The translations under genes and the position numbers were made by a program. Shown here in pieces: positions 39,630-52,449 of a stretch of DNA of 64,000 bases; position 1 is the first letter of the stretch, and each line of letters opens with the position of its first letter. Where the stretch lies: the NCBI RefSeq assembly GCF_009914755.1, contig NC_060925.1; one strand, written 5' to 3'. The DNA is from the human T2T-CHM13v2.0 reference genome, Homo sapiens. The notes below the pieces were generated by a model, which had not been told where the DNA came from, did not search any database, and saw only the letters and a program-made list of their open reading frames with translations.

Positions 39630-40215
39630 AAATGTGTCATGAGTGGCCACTGTGTTTTGGCCACCAGCATCTGTTTCTCCTCGCTTTGATGGTAGTATCC
39701 TGAATTTCCTTTGAGAAATTCTCAAAGGAAATAAAGGAATAAAGACTCCCATCCTCTCTCCTGCAACACTTTTCCTGTTGATCCAGGCCTATGTGGGATC
39801 TCCTGTGAAGAGAACTTTTCTCTTTGTCTTTGGACTTGTCGATATGGAACTACTGACAGCCACTTTGCCACCACATGGGGTTTCTGAGAATGAAGCTGAT
39901 GTGGAGGGGAGCAGAGACAAGAACTAGGAAAAGGTGGGATCCTGTAACATTATTTGAGCCCCCAGATCAAGTGGCACATGAATTTAGATCCACCTCTGGA
40001 CTTTTCAGTTAAAGAAACAAATGTTTCTTTAAACATTTGTGTGCTTTGTTACTTATTAGCAAGGCACACGCAGACATTCTGGTACAGGGATAAATCATAG
40101 CCTTTGGGGCCAGACAGGCTTGGATTCAAATTCCAGCTCTGCCAGTATTAGCTATGTATAAGCAAGTTTAAGTTGGACTCTGTCCATTGTAACCTAAAGA
40201 GTCCTGATTAATACA
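39630..40215 (+). mobile_element. MLT1J/K-type old MaLR LTR containing a 115-bp insertion
   Basis: cagccactttgccaccacatgg...tgagaatgaagc...ctctggacttttcagtta...aacctaaagagtcctgattaataca. Confidence 0.7.
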
Positions 40216-40244
40216 GGATGACAAAACTATTCTAATAAAGTCTT

Positions 40245-40640
40245 ATTGATATTTCATCTTTGCCACCTTCTTCTCTCTCACTCTCCATGTCTAATGCCCT
40301 GTGAAGCCTTGTCTAATTTCATTGCTTAAATCATTTCTCAAATCTTCCCACTTCCCTCCATCGTCACTAGCATCAATTTAGCCTAACTTGCCATGATCTC
40401 TTATCTAGACCGTTTGAGATAACCTTTTCTCTGGTCTCCTGGCATCTAATCTAGCCCTCTTCCAATCCGTTCCCCACATTCTAGCTAGAGCAATCTTCAA
40501 AATGCAAATGTGGTTATGTTACCCCTTCTTCTCATTATTCCTCCCTTCCCCTAGGATTAGTAATAGTTTTCTACTGATCTTAGACTGTGCATTAAAATCC
40601 TTAACAGTGACTTTGGGGTTCTGCCTGGTCTGCCCCTATC
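40245..40640 (+). mobile_element. L2
   Basis: cccacttccctccatc...ctggtctcct...ccaatccgttccccaca...gctagagcaatcttcaaaatgcaaat. Confidence 0.7.
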
Positions 40641-43384
40641 TTTTTGTGGGGCCCAATTCCAGTTCATGGGGCTTTCCTGTTTTCAGACTTTCATACCCCA
40701 AAAGGGTTTCGTTTCAATTCTCACTTACAAAGCTCACCTTCAGTTGCTAAATATCTCTTTGTATTTCCTTCATTTTATTTTCTCTCATGGTTCTTACTTT
40801 GTTTTCTTAGATATTATTCTCCATTTTTCTTCCATTTTTATGTACTCATTCACAACCTACTTGAGAAATATTTTGTTTACCTTCTTTGTATAGCTCATGG
40901 TAAGTTTTCTGCAGATTCTTTATCAACTTTGTGGAGTCACTGGAATGTAATCAGAAGTAATTCTGTGAAGTGTGTCCCACTTCCTGCCTCCACCTGGCCC
41001 TATGTGCTGGGAAATGCAAGCACAATGAAGCACATTGGAGTGTCTATCAGCTTTCCCAGAATCCTCTTCTCCAAGGGAAAACTGCATTCCAAAGCAGTGT
41101 GCAAATGATTTGGTCATTGTCTTCTCTTTAGGATTTTCTTCTCTGTTGGTGAGTACCAGTGATTGGCTCCATATTTCACTATTCTTGGACTCTTCTGTCT
41201 GCTCACCTTTCCTCTTCTTCTTTAGAGTTATCCCTGGTTTTGTTCAGCCCCTCCTTTGTTCCAGTTGTCCATTCTTCATGCCCGTATCCTCTGTTTATTT
41301 CACTTACTGCTTGGATCATAACCTCTTTTGGCCATTCTTCTTCACATTGTTACTTCTATTCTTCATGTTGATCTGTCTTTTCCTTTGGGGTTCTCTTTCA
41401 CTCCTCATTCTTCCCTTCTTGCTGGTTTGTTTACACTAGAAGACTTCCTCAGGGAACATGTGGTCTCACAGCACTTCTGCTGAAGGCTTAGCCAAGGTGC
41501 AAAATCAAGCTTTTAGTGATATTACATTTTTATCATATTTGACAGCGCACAGGAATGGCAAGTTTGGTTTCTATTCAAGAATCAACACCACTTGCAGCCA
41601 ATCCCTGATTCAGGAATATGACATGTAGTCCTGTTAGTCAGGAAAGTATTTAGACAGGTAAGGACTGATTACAGAAGAACAAAGTATATTCTTGTATTAT
41701 AAAAAAGGATGAAGGTTAGATAATATGTTTTAACACATAGGTAAATTATGAATCTCCTTCTAGACTTTTGCCTCAAAGATCTGAGGATAGGCAGCATAAT
41801 ATGGTGGAAAGAAGACTTGCTCAACACTTAAAATATTTGGCTTTGTTACTTCTTAACAAGGCACACACAGACATTCTGGTACAGGGATAAATCATAGCCT
41901 TTGGGGCCAGACAGGCTTGGGTTCAAATTCCAGCTCTGCCAGTATTAGCTATGTGACTTCTATTTCCAGTGTAAGATAAGAAAATATATAAAGCATAAAA
42001 TCTATTGCCTGGCATATAGTAAGTGTTCATAAACTGTAATTTCCACTTCCTCTTTTCTAACTGGAATAACACATTTAACTTCTCTGAGCCTCAGTAGTTA
42101 TATCTGGGAAATAGACAGTCCTAACAGTTTCAGTCATTTCTAAAACTCAATTATACCAAAAACTTTTCTGCAGTTTGTAAAATAAGCCAATGAGCTCCCG
42201 TATTTTCCTAAGCTGTTTAAAGTAAGTTGAGGTTCTGTAGCTTACAACCAAAAGAGAGCTGAATCTTCAAAACATTGCTTGCCTTGGCTTCTCTCAATAT
42301 GTTGGCTTCCTTCTCTCCAAGTGGAGTGCCCCATGAGATGAGATACATAACCACAGGCAAATCCAGTGCTTCTTTATTCCAGCTCTACCACCAGATAGAA
42401 AATTTCTCTCTTTTCTTATTTCCACGGGAGCCAACCTACAGACGAGCTTTGACTGGCCCATCTTGTATTATGTGCCCTTTTGTGGCCAGGGAGATGAAGT
42501 TCTATGTTTGGGAAACCCTCTCAAATCTTAAGATTGGGTGCCAGGGATATTCTATAACATAAGAGAGAACAAATCCCCAAAAGAGGTCAAGGAGGTTGGG
42601 CAGACAATGTGATTGGTGGCTACCACCCCTGTACTTGCCTGTCTACTCTTGAGAGTTGCTGCAAAATAATCAAAGTGAAATGCTTGGAAATAATAAAAAT
42701 ATAAAATCCTATTAAAATTTAATGTGTTACATATTGGGACTATATAGATGATAGGTACTCAAATGTACCAATATAACATTTTTTCCCGAATATATTTTTT
42801 CAGACCAGAATATTGGCCCAGAAATAAAAATATTTTATTACTCCATTGTCTCCACAGAAAGGCTCTTTCATAGCAGACAACTAGGAATAACTCCAATTCT
42901 CCAATCAACCACAGAGCAGTTCTTCTTTTGTTAATCACACACTGATTTTGCCAGATGCCAAGCTCTTTCTTTTTCACTTAGTTTACTTTCTCCTGTCTTA
43001 TGCAATAGGGTATTAAAGTGATTTCAGTGACTTCCTGTTTGCAAGGCCACCATCCTTGAGAACAACTCAAGGTGCACAGATATCTCACTCTGGGTTGTGC
43101 AACACACTCTCAGCCCCACCCAGTGGTGTTTTATTAGGCCGAAAGAAAGAGCTCAAGAGCATTCACTCTTCATTCATTCAACAAATGTCTGTGGAACATT
43201 CACTTATAATACTTAGATAAATATGGGAGTGCTTAGAGGGAAAATATACAATCTTAGGCCCTTAAGTGGCTCTAAGTCTGGTAGAGAACATTAACAACTG
43301 AGTGCACAATTCAAATTCAACATAATTGTTGCTAGCTTGGAGCAGTATGAGTACTGTGGAAGCCTGCAAAAGGGGCATAGTCTT

Positions 43385-43575
43385 CTGGGGACTCCAAAAG
43401 GGGGCAAGTTGGGAGGGAGGGTGAGGGTTGGAAAATTACCTATTGGGTACAATGGTCACTATTTGGAATATTTGGAATACTGGTACACTAGAAGCCCAAA
43501 CCTCACAATTACACAATACATCCATGTAACAAATATGCACATGTACCCCAATAATTTAAAATAAAATAAATAATT
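43385..43575 (+). mobile_element. L1PB-type short 3' end
   Basis: gagggttggaaaattacctattgggtacaatg...agaagcccaaacctcac...ccatgtaacaaa..tgcacatgtacccc followed by an A-rich tail. Confidence 0.85.
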
Positions 43576-43617
43576 TTTTTAAAAGATCAGATGGCAAAAA
43601 ATTTTAATGAAAGGAGC

Positions 43618-43733
43618 TGTATCTTAGTTTTCTCAGGCTCCCATAACAAGCACCATAGACTGAGTGACTTAAACAACAGAAATTTGTTTTCTCACAGCTC
43701 TGGGGGCTGGAAGTCTGAAATCAAGACACCGGT
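43618..43733 (-). mobile_element. MLT1 LTR 3' fragment
   Basis: cttaaacaacagaaatttgttttctcacagctctgggggctggaagtctgaaatcaag. Confidence 0.8.
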
Positions 43734-46093
43734 TTATATGGTTTGGGTCTGTGTCCCCACCCAGATCTCATCTCAAATAGTAATCCCCCTGTGTTGAGGG
43801 AGGGGCCTGTAATTCCCACATGTGAGGGAAGGGAGTGGATTGAATCACAGGGGCAGTTTCTCCCAATTCTGTTCTTGTGATAGTGAGTGAGTTCTCTTGA
43901 GATCTGATGGTTTTATAAGTGTTTGGCAGTTACTCCTTCATATACTCTCTCTCTCCTGCATAGCAGAATGAGACCCCTTGTGAAGAAAGGGTCTGCTTCC
44001 CCTTCCACCATGATTGTAAGTTTTCTGAGGCCTCCCCAGCCATGTGGAACCCTGAGTCAATTAAACTTCTTTCCTTTATAAATTACTCAGTCTCAGGGAA
44101 GTCCTTTATAGCAGTATGGAAATGGATTAATATAGTAAATTGGTACCAGGAGTGGGGTACTGCTATAAAGATACTTGAAAATGTGGAAATGACTTTGGAA
44201 CTGGGTAACGGGCAGAGGTTGGAACAGTTTAGAGGGGCTCAGAAGATGAGAAGATGTGGGAAAGTTTGGAGCTTCCTAGAGATTTCTTGAATGGTTTTGA
44301 CCGAAGTGCTTATAGTGATGTGAACAATGAAGTCCAGGCTGAGGTGGTCTCAGATAAAGAAGATGAACTTATTAGGAACTACAGTAAAGGTCACTCATGC
44401 TTTGGTTTAGCAAAGTGACTGGCATTTTGACCGTGCCCTAAATATCTGTGGAACTTTGAACTTGAAAGAGATGATTTAAGGTATCTGGCAGAAGAAATTT
44501 CTAGGCAGCAAAGCATTCAAGATGTGACCTGGATTATTCTGAAAGCATTCAGTTTTATGCATTCAGAAAGAGATGGTTTGAAATTGGAATACATGTTTAA
44601 AAGGGAAGCAGAGCATAAAAGTTTGGAAAACTTGCAGCCTGATGACGCAATAGAAAAGAAAACCCCATTTTCTAAGCAGCAATTCAAGCCAGCTGCAGAA
44701 ATTTGTGTAAGTGACAAGGAACCTAATGTTAATTGCCAAGGCAATGGGGAAAATGTCTCCAGGACATGTCAGGGATCTTGGCCACAGCCCCTCCCATCAC
44801 AGGCCTGGAGGTCTAGGAGGGAAAATGGTTTCATGGGTCAGGCCCAGGGTTCTGGCTACTCTGTGCAGACTCAAGACATGGCACTTTGTGTCCCAGCCAC
44901 TTCAGCTCCAATTGTGGCTAAAAGGGGTCAAGGTACAGCTCAGGCCATTGCTTCAGAGGTGCAAGCCCCAACCTTGACAGCTTCCATGTGGTGTTAGGCC
45001 TGCGGGTACACAGAAGTCAAGAATTGAGGTTTGGGAACCTCTGCCTAGATTTCAGAGGATGTATAGAAATGTCTGGATGTCCAGGCAGACGTTTGCTGCA
45101 GGGGTGGTGCCCTTATGGAGAACCTCTGCTAGAGCAGTGCAGAAGGGAAACATGGGGTTGGAGCCCCCGTGCAGAGTCCCCATTGGGGCACTGCCTAGTG
45201 GAGCTGTGAGGAGAGGGCCACCATCCTCCAGACCCCAGCAGGGTAGATCCACCGACGGCTTGCACTGTGCATTTGGAGAAGCCACAGACACTCAATGCCA
45301 GCCTGTGAAAGCAGATGGGAAGGGGGTTATACCCTGCAAAGCCACAGGGGCAGGGCTGCCCAAGACTGTGGGAGCCAACCTGTTGTATCAGCATGACCTG
45401 GATGTGAGACATGGAGTCAAAGGAGATTATTTAGGAGCTTTAACATATAATGACTGCCCTGTTGGATTTTGGGCTTGTATGGGTCCTGTAGCCCCTTTGT
45501 TTTGGCCAATTCCTCCCATTTGGAATGGGAGCATTTACCCAATGCCTGTACCTCCATTGTATCTAGGAAGTAACTAACTTGCTTTTTATTCTACAGGCTT
45601 ATATGCAGAAGAGACTTGCCTTGTCTTAGATGAGACTTTGGACTGTGGACTTTTGAGTTAATGCTGGAATGAGTTAAGATTTTGGAGGACTGTTGGAAAG
45701 GCATGATTGGCTTTGAAATGTGAAAAGACATGAGATTTGGGAGGGGCCAGGGCAGAATGATATGGTTTGGCTCAGTATCCCCACCCAAATCTCATCTCAA
45801 ATTGTAATCCTGTGTGGAGGAAGGGAGGTGATTGGATCATGGGGGTGGTTCCCCCCATGCTGTTTTCGTGATAGTGACTTCTCACAAGGTATGGTTTTAG
45901 AAGTGTTTGACAGTTTCTCCTTCACAAGCCCACTCTCTCCTGCCACATTGTGAAGAAGATGCCTGCTTCCCCTTCCACCATGATTGTAAGTTTCCTGAGG
46001 CCTCCCCAGCCATGAGGAATTGTGAGTCAGTTAAACCTCCTTTGTTTATAAATTACCACGTTAAGGTATCTTTATAGCAGTGAGACTAATACA
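43734..46093 (+). mobile_element. Complete THE1D-like MaLR (LTR 43734-44134, internal 44135-45757, LTR 45758-46093)
   Basis: Two direct LTRs. The internal region starts gtaaattggtaccagg and ends in the purine tract gggaggggccagggcagaa. The internal ORF is broken into pieces. Confidence 0.95.
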
Positions 46094-46159
46094 GACGGTT
46101 TAGGATAACATCTAATAATCATAATATAATAGAATCACAGGGACAAAGGAGAAGAATAA

Positions 46160-46330
46160 TGAAGGTTAAATGTGTATTGAGTATTTACTATGTGCTAAAC
46201 CTTGTTATAAGCCATTTACATATATTATATCATTTAATCCTTACAAGAATCATATAAGGCAGGTTATATTAATAACTTTAGGTTATAAAAAACAGAAGCT
46301 GAGGTAGAAAATTTCAGAGGCTAACAAAAC
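46160..46330 (-). mobile_element. MIR
   Basis: gtattgagtatttactatgtgc...catttaatccttacaa. Confidence 0.65.
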
Positions 46331-47739
46331 AAAGTTATATGTCTCACTTTAAAAAATCTACTGTGGGTCTAAGGGACTCTCAGGGGCAACTGTCTTACAT
46401 GCAGTGATTTAGCAATGAGGTTGGCATAGCCATCAACATCTTGGAGTGATACTGTATGGGACAAAGGGCTTCCTTGATTAATAAGTGGAGAGAGGGTCTC
46501 ATATCAACAATGAAGTGTTTTGAACCAGAAGATACATGTTATTTTTGCTCTCAGAACTAGTCACACGAGCCTGCCCAAATGCAAGGGGATTGGAAAGCAC
46601 AATTCTCCACATGCCCAGGACAGAAGCAGCTCTAATGCACACTAATTTTGTCTGACTCATCAAGGGCACTTGCTTCCTAAGTGGTGGGCCAGGATTGAAG
46701 CATGGCAGTGTCTTGCCAGAGCCAAGAGTACCCGAGTTAATTGATTCCAGTCCCCTCATTTTATAGGTAGGGGCATTCAGCTGGCTTGCCCAAGGTCAGA
46801 AAGTCAGAGTTGATCCTTCTCAAGTTCTGCTAGCATCATCACTGGTGCTCTTAACAACTTCCCTGGGTACTTGGAATAAGTAGTATAATGCCATTTTCCA
46901 GAGAGTGACACTGAGCATCATGGTACCCCAGCCACTTCCCATTCCAAGATCGCTACAACAGATGACAGTCAGTCAGCTCAGCTCACTCCCCATTCCCTGC
47001 TCCTTTAAGGCCTTGAGCTCTTGAAAAATGAGCATACGCCCAGAGAAGCAACCAAGAAGGAAGTTCCTTCAGCTGGTACTAAAGAGAGAATGTCTCTGGT
47101 GCTATTAGACCCTGCTCAGCCCCTGTGGTCTCTACTGGTAAAGCAGGTAATCTTTCTTTTCCATGCATTCACCCACCCACCCCACCCATATGAGGTCTCA
47201 GGCTGTCCTTTGGGGCTAATTTTCTTCTTCAAGGTTGTACATGATCTCCTCTGTAATACTATTTCATGTAGTTAACAATGTTGTGAGTGAAAATGGGGAA
47301 AGAGCAGAAAAAAGGAAGCACACACTCATTTGCCTCAATCTAGTGCTCTTTCCCTCATCAAAAGAAGCACCCTACTTATTAAAGCAGGTATCCTGGAACC
47401 ACAAATTTTACCTAACAGGCTTCTTTCGCGCCATTGAGAGTGGCTAACTGAAGAGCCTCTGCATTAATTGCATACCCCAAAATGAAGAGGCACAACCATT
47501 GCTAAAAATCTGTTCAAGGTTGCAGCTTCCAGGTGTGCAGACTGTGCACCTGTGCATTCTCTGGCTCTAGAGAGTTGCCATGAAGGTTGACTGGCATTGT
47601 AGATTTGTATATTTATTTATTTATTTATATATTTTTTACTGGCAGCAAAGGGTTTTGAGTGGTGGGTACATTTTTCAAAATTGCTCATTTGGCTGGCAGC
47701 AGGACTGAACATATTCATATTCAGGGCTGTTAATAATTC

Positions 47740-47900
47740 CACTACAAATAATTTCCAGTGTTTATCATGTTACTGTGTGCCAGGGCCTATGCAAGAGGCT
47801 TCCCATACTTTATTGTGTTCCACACAATGTGAGATAGGTATATCCCCATTTTACAGCTGAAGAAACTGAGGCTTAAGGGAACCAGGTACACAGCTAGTAG
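47740..47900 (-). mobile_element. MIR
   Basis: atccccattttacagctgaagaaactgaggctta. Confidence 0.7.
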
Positions 47901-49424
47901 TGTGTACCTGGCTCCCTTAAGAATATAATGACTGAGTAGGAGTTTGCATGTAATAGCCCTGCCTCTGAAGAGAACATCTCAGCCACTCTGCTATGTTACT
48001 AGTGCCTCTCTCACCAGCTGACAAGCCTCTCACTCATCCCTGCACTAGGCCTTAAATCTGAAACGCAGACCTGGGCCCCAATCCCTGCTGCTAGCCCAAA
48101 TTTTCTACTACAGATGCCAAATATCTGTTCAGGTCCTTGTGACTAGGTCAGAGATAATGCATTATTGCATACTGCCCTGTTGCTGAGTCCCTCGGAGCTG
48201 TCAGCATCCCAGGAAATGTTTAGCAGGGGGTGGGAAGAAAGGAACGGAAAAAAGCACAGTGTGGATGTGTGTTGCCAGTTATTTAAAATAAGACAATTTT
48301 CTTCAACTGTAAAAACATACTTAAGTTTAAATACCTATGCATCACTTTAACAAATTTGGTAACAGTCAATTGTCACTACTTGTTCCATTTGTGCTGTATT
48401 AAATGTAGCTTGTTTCAGACGTGTCTGGTTGACTAGCTGTGGGTTACGTTAGCAGCTGCCTCTCTCTCTTACTCTTGTAATCATAAATTCTGGAAATAGA
48501 CAAAAGTAGTTAAGTTTGTGCAACCTGAATGCTGCTACCCTGGGAAGACTAAAAATAAACACCACCTGATTTCCTGGACCCTTTTTGGGGGATGGTATAG
48601 GTTTGGCCCTTTGTGACCTATAGAAGGCCTATAGGTGCAGAGGGGAGATTATCAATGAATCCGTGGCGCTGCTATGTCATAGGTCAGGAGAGTGGCCTAA
48701 CTGCAGGCCATAGTGACACCCGTGCAATGGGAGCCAGTTGGGAAGATGAATGGGGGAACACATGGCAAAGACCATGCAGAAGTCAAGAAGGAAGTGGCAA
48801 ACCCAAAGCAGACAGTTCATCTCCTATTGTAACCAGAGGGGTGTCAATGAGAAGGAAGGACGAGCTTCAAAACAATTATGCAGTGTTCATTCTACAGCAA
48901 TTATTCCACTTGGGGGTTAATTGTTGTAGTATGAACCCAGACACTGTCTAATTAGGAATACGCCTGTATTCATGAAAAATTACCCAGCTAATTGGCCTGG
49001 TGTATATATAGCTCTAATGACTGGGCAGTAAGAAAAAATGGTGATAGAAAAAGTTCTTCCAAATCTGGAGCGTTTCAAAAAAAAGGCAAAGCATGTCAGA
49101 GTTACAAGAGATTTCAAGGATCATTTGGGCCATGGGATCATTTTGCAAAAGAGGTACAAGGTTTGGAAGGGATTTGGTTCAGGCTCACATAAGGGCAGCA
49201 CAGAGCCAGCACTAGAATGTGGTTCTCTTCCATCTCTTGTCTACTCTTGATTGATACCCACACTGTCTGACCATCAGGATCCAAATAACTGGAAGCTAGA
49301 AGCCAGGTGCTGACTATGAGAAGGGTTCAGAGGAGGAAGAATGGTTGCATGTTGGTATACCACCCACAGCGTCCATTTGATTACAAATTTTCTGAAATAA
49401 GTGCAAATGAAAAGTGGCCCCAAG

Positions 49425-49525
49425 TCTTTAAGCAAACGTTGATTGAGCCTCCATCACATGCTAGGCACTAAGCTAGGTGCTAGGGACTCAAATATAAACA
49501 AGACGTGGTCCCTACTCTCATCTTC
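49425..49525 (-). mobile_element. L2 3' fragment
   Basis: gattgagcctcc...tgctaggcactaagctaggtgctaggga...aacaagacgtggtccctactctca. Confidence 0.7.
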
Positions 49526-50204
49526 AGAGACAAGGTTTACACTGGAAGCCTCTAGGGCAAATGGCTTTTATGATATATAGTGAAAAGGGACAGATCACTT
49601 AGACTGTCTTCAAAGGAGAACATAATTCTTCTGTTCATATGTCCTCTACTACTTAGGGTCTTTAGCAAAATCCTTTATAAGGCAAAAAACGTGCCTGTGT
49701 ATCCACCTGTAGAATTTAGAGATAGTTTAAATACAGGAAGAATAGCTTCTGCTATAGAGAAAGCCAACGCATTTCCTTATAGTTACAAAATGTGTTCGGT
49801 AATATCTTCCCATTATATGTGTGTTTTATTTCAGCTTGCCTGAATGGAGAGCAAACAGCCTCAGAGGTGTCATAGGTTCTTTTAAGTCCCTTGACCATTT
49901 GGGGACCAGCTACTCTTTATTGGAAGGAAGATATTTAAGAGAATTCTTTGTTTTTTTTCCAAGGAAACTAAATAGTTGTAAAGGGACTTTTCTCCTAGGA
50001 ATTAAATCTTACATAGCAACTGCATACGAATTAAAAGCAGAGTCAAAATTATGTGTCTGCTGGGAGATGGAATAAGGTGAGTCTAGGGGTAGTGCATACA
50101 GTGAAAGGTGAGAGCTGATTAACTTACAAAAAGCTAATCACTCAGTATCATAAACAACACATGCCAAAAGGTAGTCCTCTAAAGCTGGTTTATGTGCATA
50201 TCCA

Positions 50205-51310
50205 TTACACATTTATTCCTTCAACTAACGTTTGTTGAGTGCTTCAATGTGCCAAGCCTTGTGCTAGATGCAGAGTAAAGTGCAGAAAATAAAACAGATG
50301 CAATCCCTGGCTTCATGAAATGCACAGCCTAGTGGGGAGATAACTATGAAGCAGGCTCACAGAACAGTCAGCCTTGGCTAAGTTACAACGCAGTAACAAT
50401 TTCCAAATCCTAGAGAGTTACTACAACAAAGATTTATTCCTTGCTCATGTTGGGTCTATCACAGCTCTGCCTGTCACTCTCTCCCTTTTGGACCAAGGCT
50501 AAAGGAGCAGCCCCATACAATGGCTTTAGAATTTTGTTTCTCAGAGCACATTTCCTTGCCCAAAGCAAGTCATGTGACCAAACCAGATGTCAAGGGGGTG
50601 GGGAAGTGTAATGGCCCCCAACAGAGATGGACCTGGTAGGAAAGCACAGCAAATATTTCTGAACATGGAATATGAATATATCAAAACTTACAAATAATAA
50701 TTTATGTTAATAGGTTGTAAGAACAGTCACGGGGAAAGGAATAGAGGGCTATGACCAAGAATAACAATGGAGAGCGATTTCCGCTGCTGTTACTGGAGGT
50801 GGCAGGTCTGGAAAGGTTTTTCTGAGGAGGTAACATCTCAGCTCAAATCTAAAAGATGAACAGATGTTATCCAGTGGAGGGGTTGGGAGAGGAGTCTAAC
50901 AGACAGGTACAGCACGTCCCAAAGCCCTGAGGTAGGGAAGAGCTTGGTATGCTTGACATGTTGGAGACAGGCAGCTCCATGCAGTGGTCTGGAGCTGGAC
51001 AGCCTGGATTTAAATCCTACACCAGCCCCTTACTAGTCATGTGTCACTTACCCTCTGTGCCTCAGTTTCCTCATGTGTGAAGCAGGGATAACTGCTCTGG
51101 CCTCATAGGGTCATTGTGAGGATTAGGCGTGCTTGGCTAATGACAGCTGTCATTATGAATGAAGGAAGCCCCTGGTGGCTGGGATGCGGTGAGCCACAGA
51201 GCAAAAGAGGTGAGGCTGGAGGCTGACACACAGCTCGGTCTTGAAAGGCTGGGTAGACTTGGATTTTAATCTGGAACACAGTGAGTCCTAAGCAGAGGTG
51301 GGACTTTATA
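50205..51310 (-). mobile_element. L2 interrupted by an MLT1J-like LTR (~50365-50680, -) and a MIR (~50975-51130, +)
   Basis: L2: tttgttgagtgc...gtgctagatgc and ctgaggaggtaacat. MLT1: cattt..ttgcccaaagcaagtcatgtgacc. MIR: ctctgtgcctcagtttcctcat. Confidence 0.7.
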
Positions 51311-52449
51311 AAAATCTCTTGTCATACTCTGAGGAATAAGGTATTCTCCATTTAGACAACTATCCATTGTTGAAACAAAATGAAATCCTGGAGAGAAACT
51401 GAGGAAGGAAGGAGAAAGAGAGGAAGGGGGAGAAAGAGAGAGGGAGAGAAATGAGTTTCAGACTGGGAAATATAATTGGGAGAGGGGTGAGAGATGGGAA
51501 GAGGGTGCTTTCCCCTCACCATTCTGCCCAGTATTAGAAAGAAGACATTTGTTTAAATAAGCATGGGGAGAAGACAGAAAGGAGGTGAGGGCTATTCTTG
51601 GTAAGGTCTCAGCAGCCAGGCAGCAGCATACAATGAAAGGCAGGTGACTGATTGGGTTGAGCTGCATCCTGACTCAAAGAAGGGTCCTCTGACCTCCATA
51701 AAAGTGGTGGAGGGGGGCAGCGGGAGTGCACCACGGCTCTGATGATACCAATACGGAAACGACTTTTACACACAGGGAGATTCTTATGGATAGGGGTGTA
51801 ATCCTTTGGCTTCCACTAAACTAGCACATCCTCACAGAGTCCACCTCTGGTCCTCCTTTGCCTCCCCCCACCTGGGAGCAGAGGGAGTTGCTGGAACACA
51901 GGGGTGAGGGGTTGTATGAGGCTCCAGGTAGTCTTGTGATGTGATGCTTTTGGGGAGATGGCACCACTTCATCAGCTGGATGACAAAACACTGTTAATGG
52001 CATCAATAAAGAAGTGTGAATGTAATTTTCTCCTCCTTGTTATTTCCTCAGTATTTGGCATATTATTTAACAGATCAACTGGCCAGTCATGATCCCTTCT
52101 GAAGTCAAGTCTTTCTTTTTGTGCTAGAAGATTCCTAAAATGCAGTGTAGTGCAGATATAAACTCATCGGTCAGAAAAAGGCCATACATCTAGAGCACAT
52201 GAGAGATACCAAATGAAAAAGTGATTGAGTTCAGTCCAAATTCTGAAAGCTTTCGGGAATAGTTGTTACAGCCTTTGAAGTACTGGTGCTTCAGTGGAAA
52301 GAGCAGCTAGGGAGAAAATGCATAACCTTACTTCTTATACTACATTAAAATATATGTGTATGTTGAATCGGAGGAGATACAAACCTGAGAATATATGCAA
52401 TCAGAAAAAAAGACAATATCTTGGAGCTTTGGAGTGACCAGATCTGGCT

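Noticed and set aside
40502-41439. Hydrophobic 134-154-aa ORFs resembling membrane proteins
   Set aside because: T/C-rich composition, partly L2, overlapping frames and no recognisable domain.
44524-45577. 157-aa and 172-aa ORFs
   Set aside because: Fragments of the THE1 internal region, not a host gene.
51405-51790. GA-rich run plus CCAAT/ETS/GC-box-like motifs as a promoter
   Set aside because: The motifs are short and scattered with little CpG, which is insufficient evidence.
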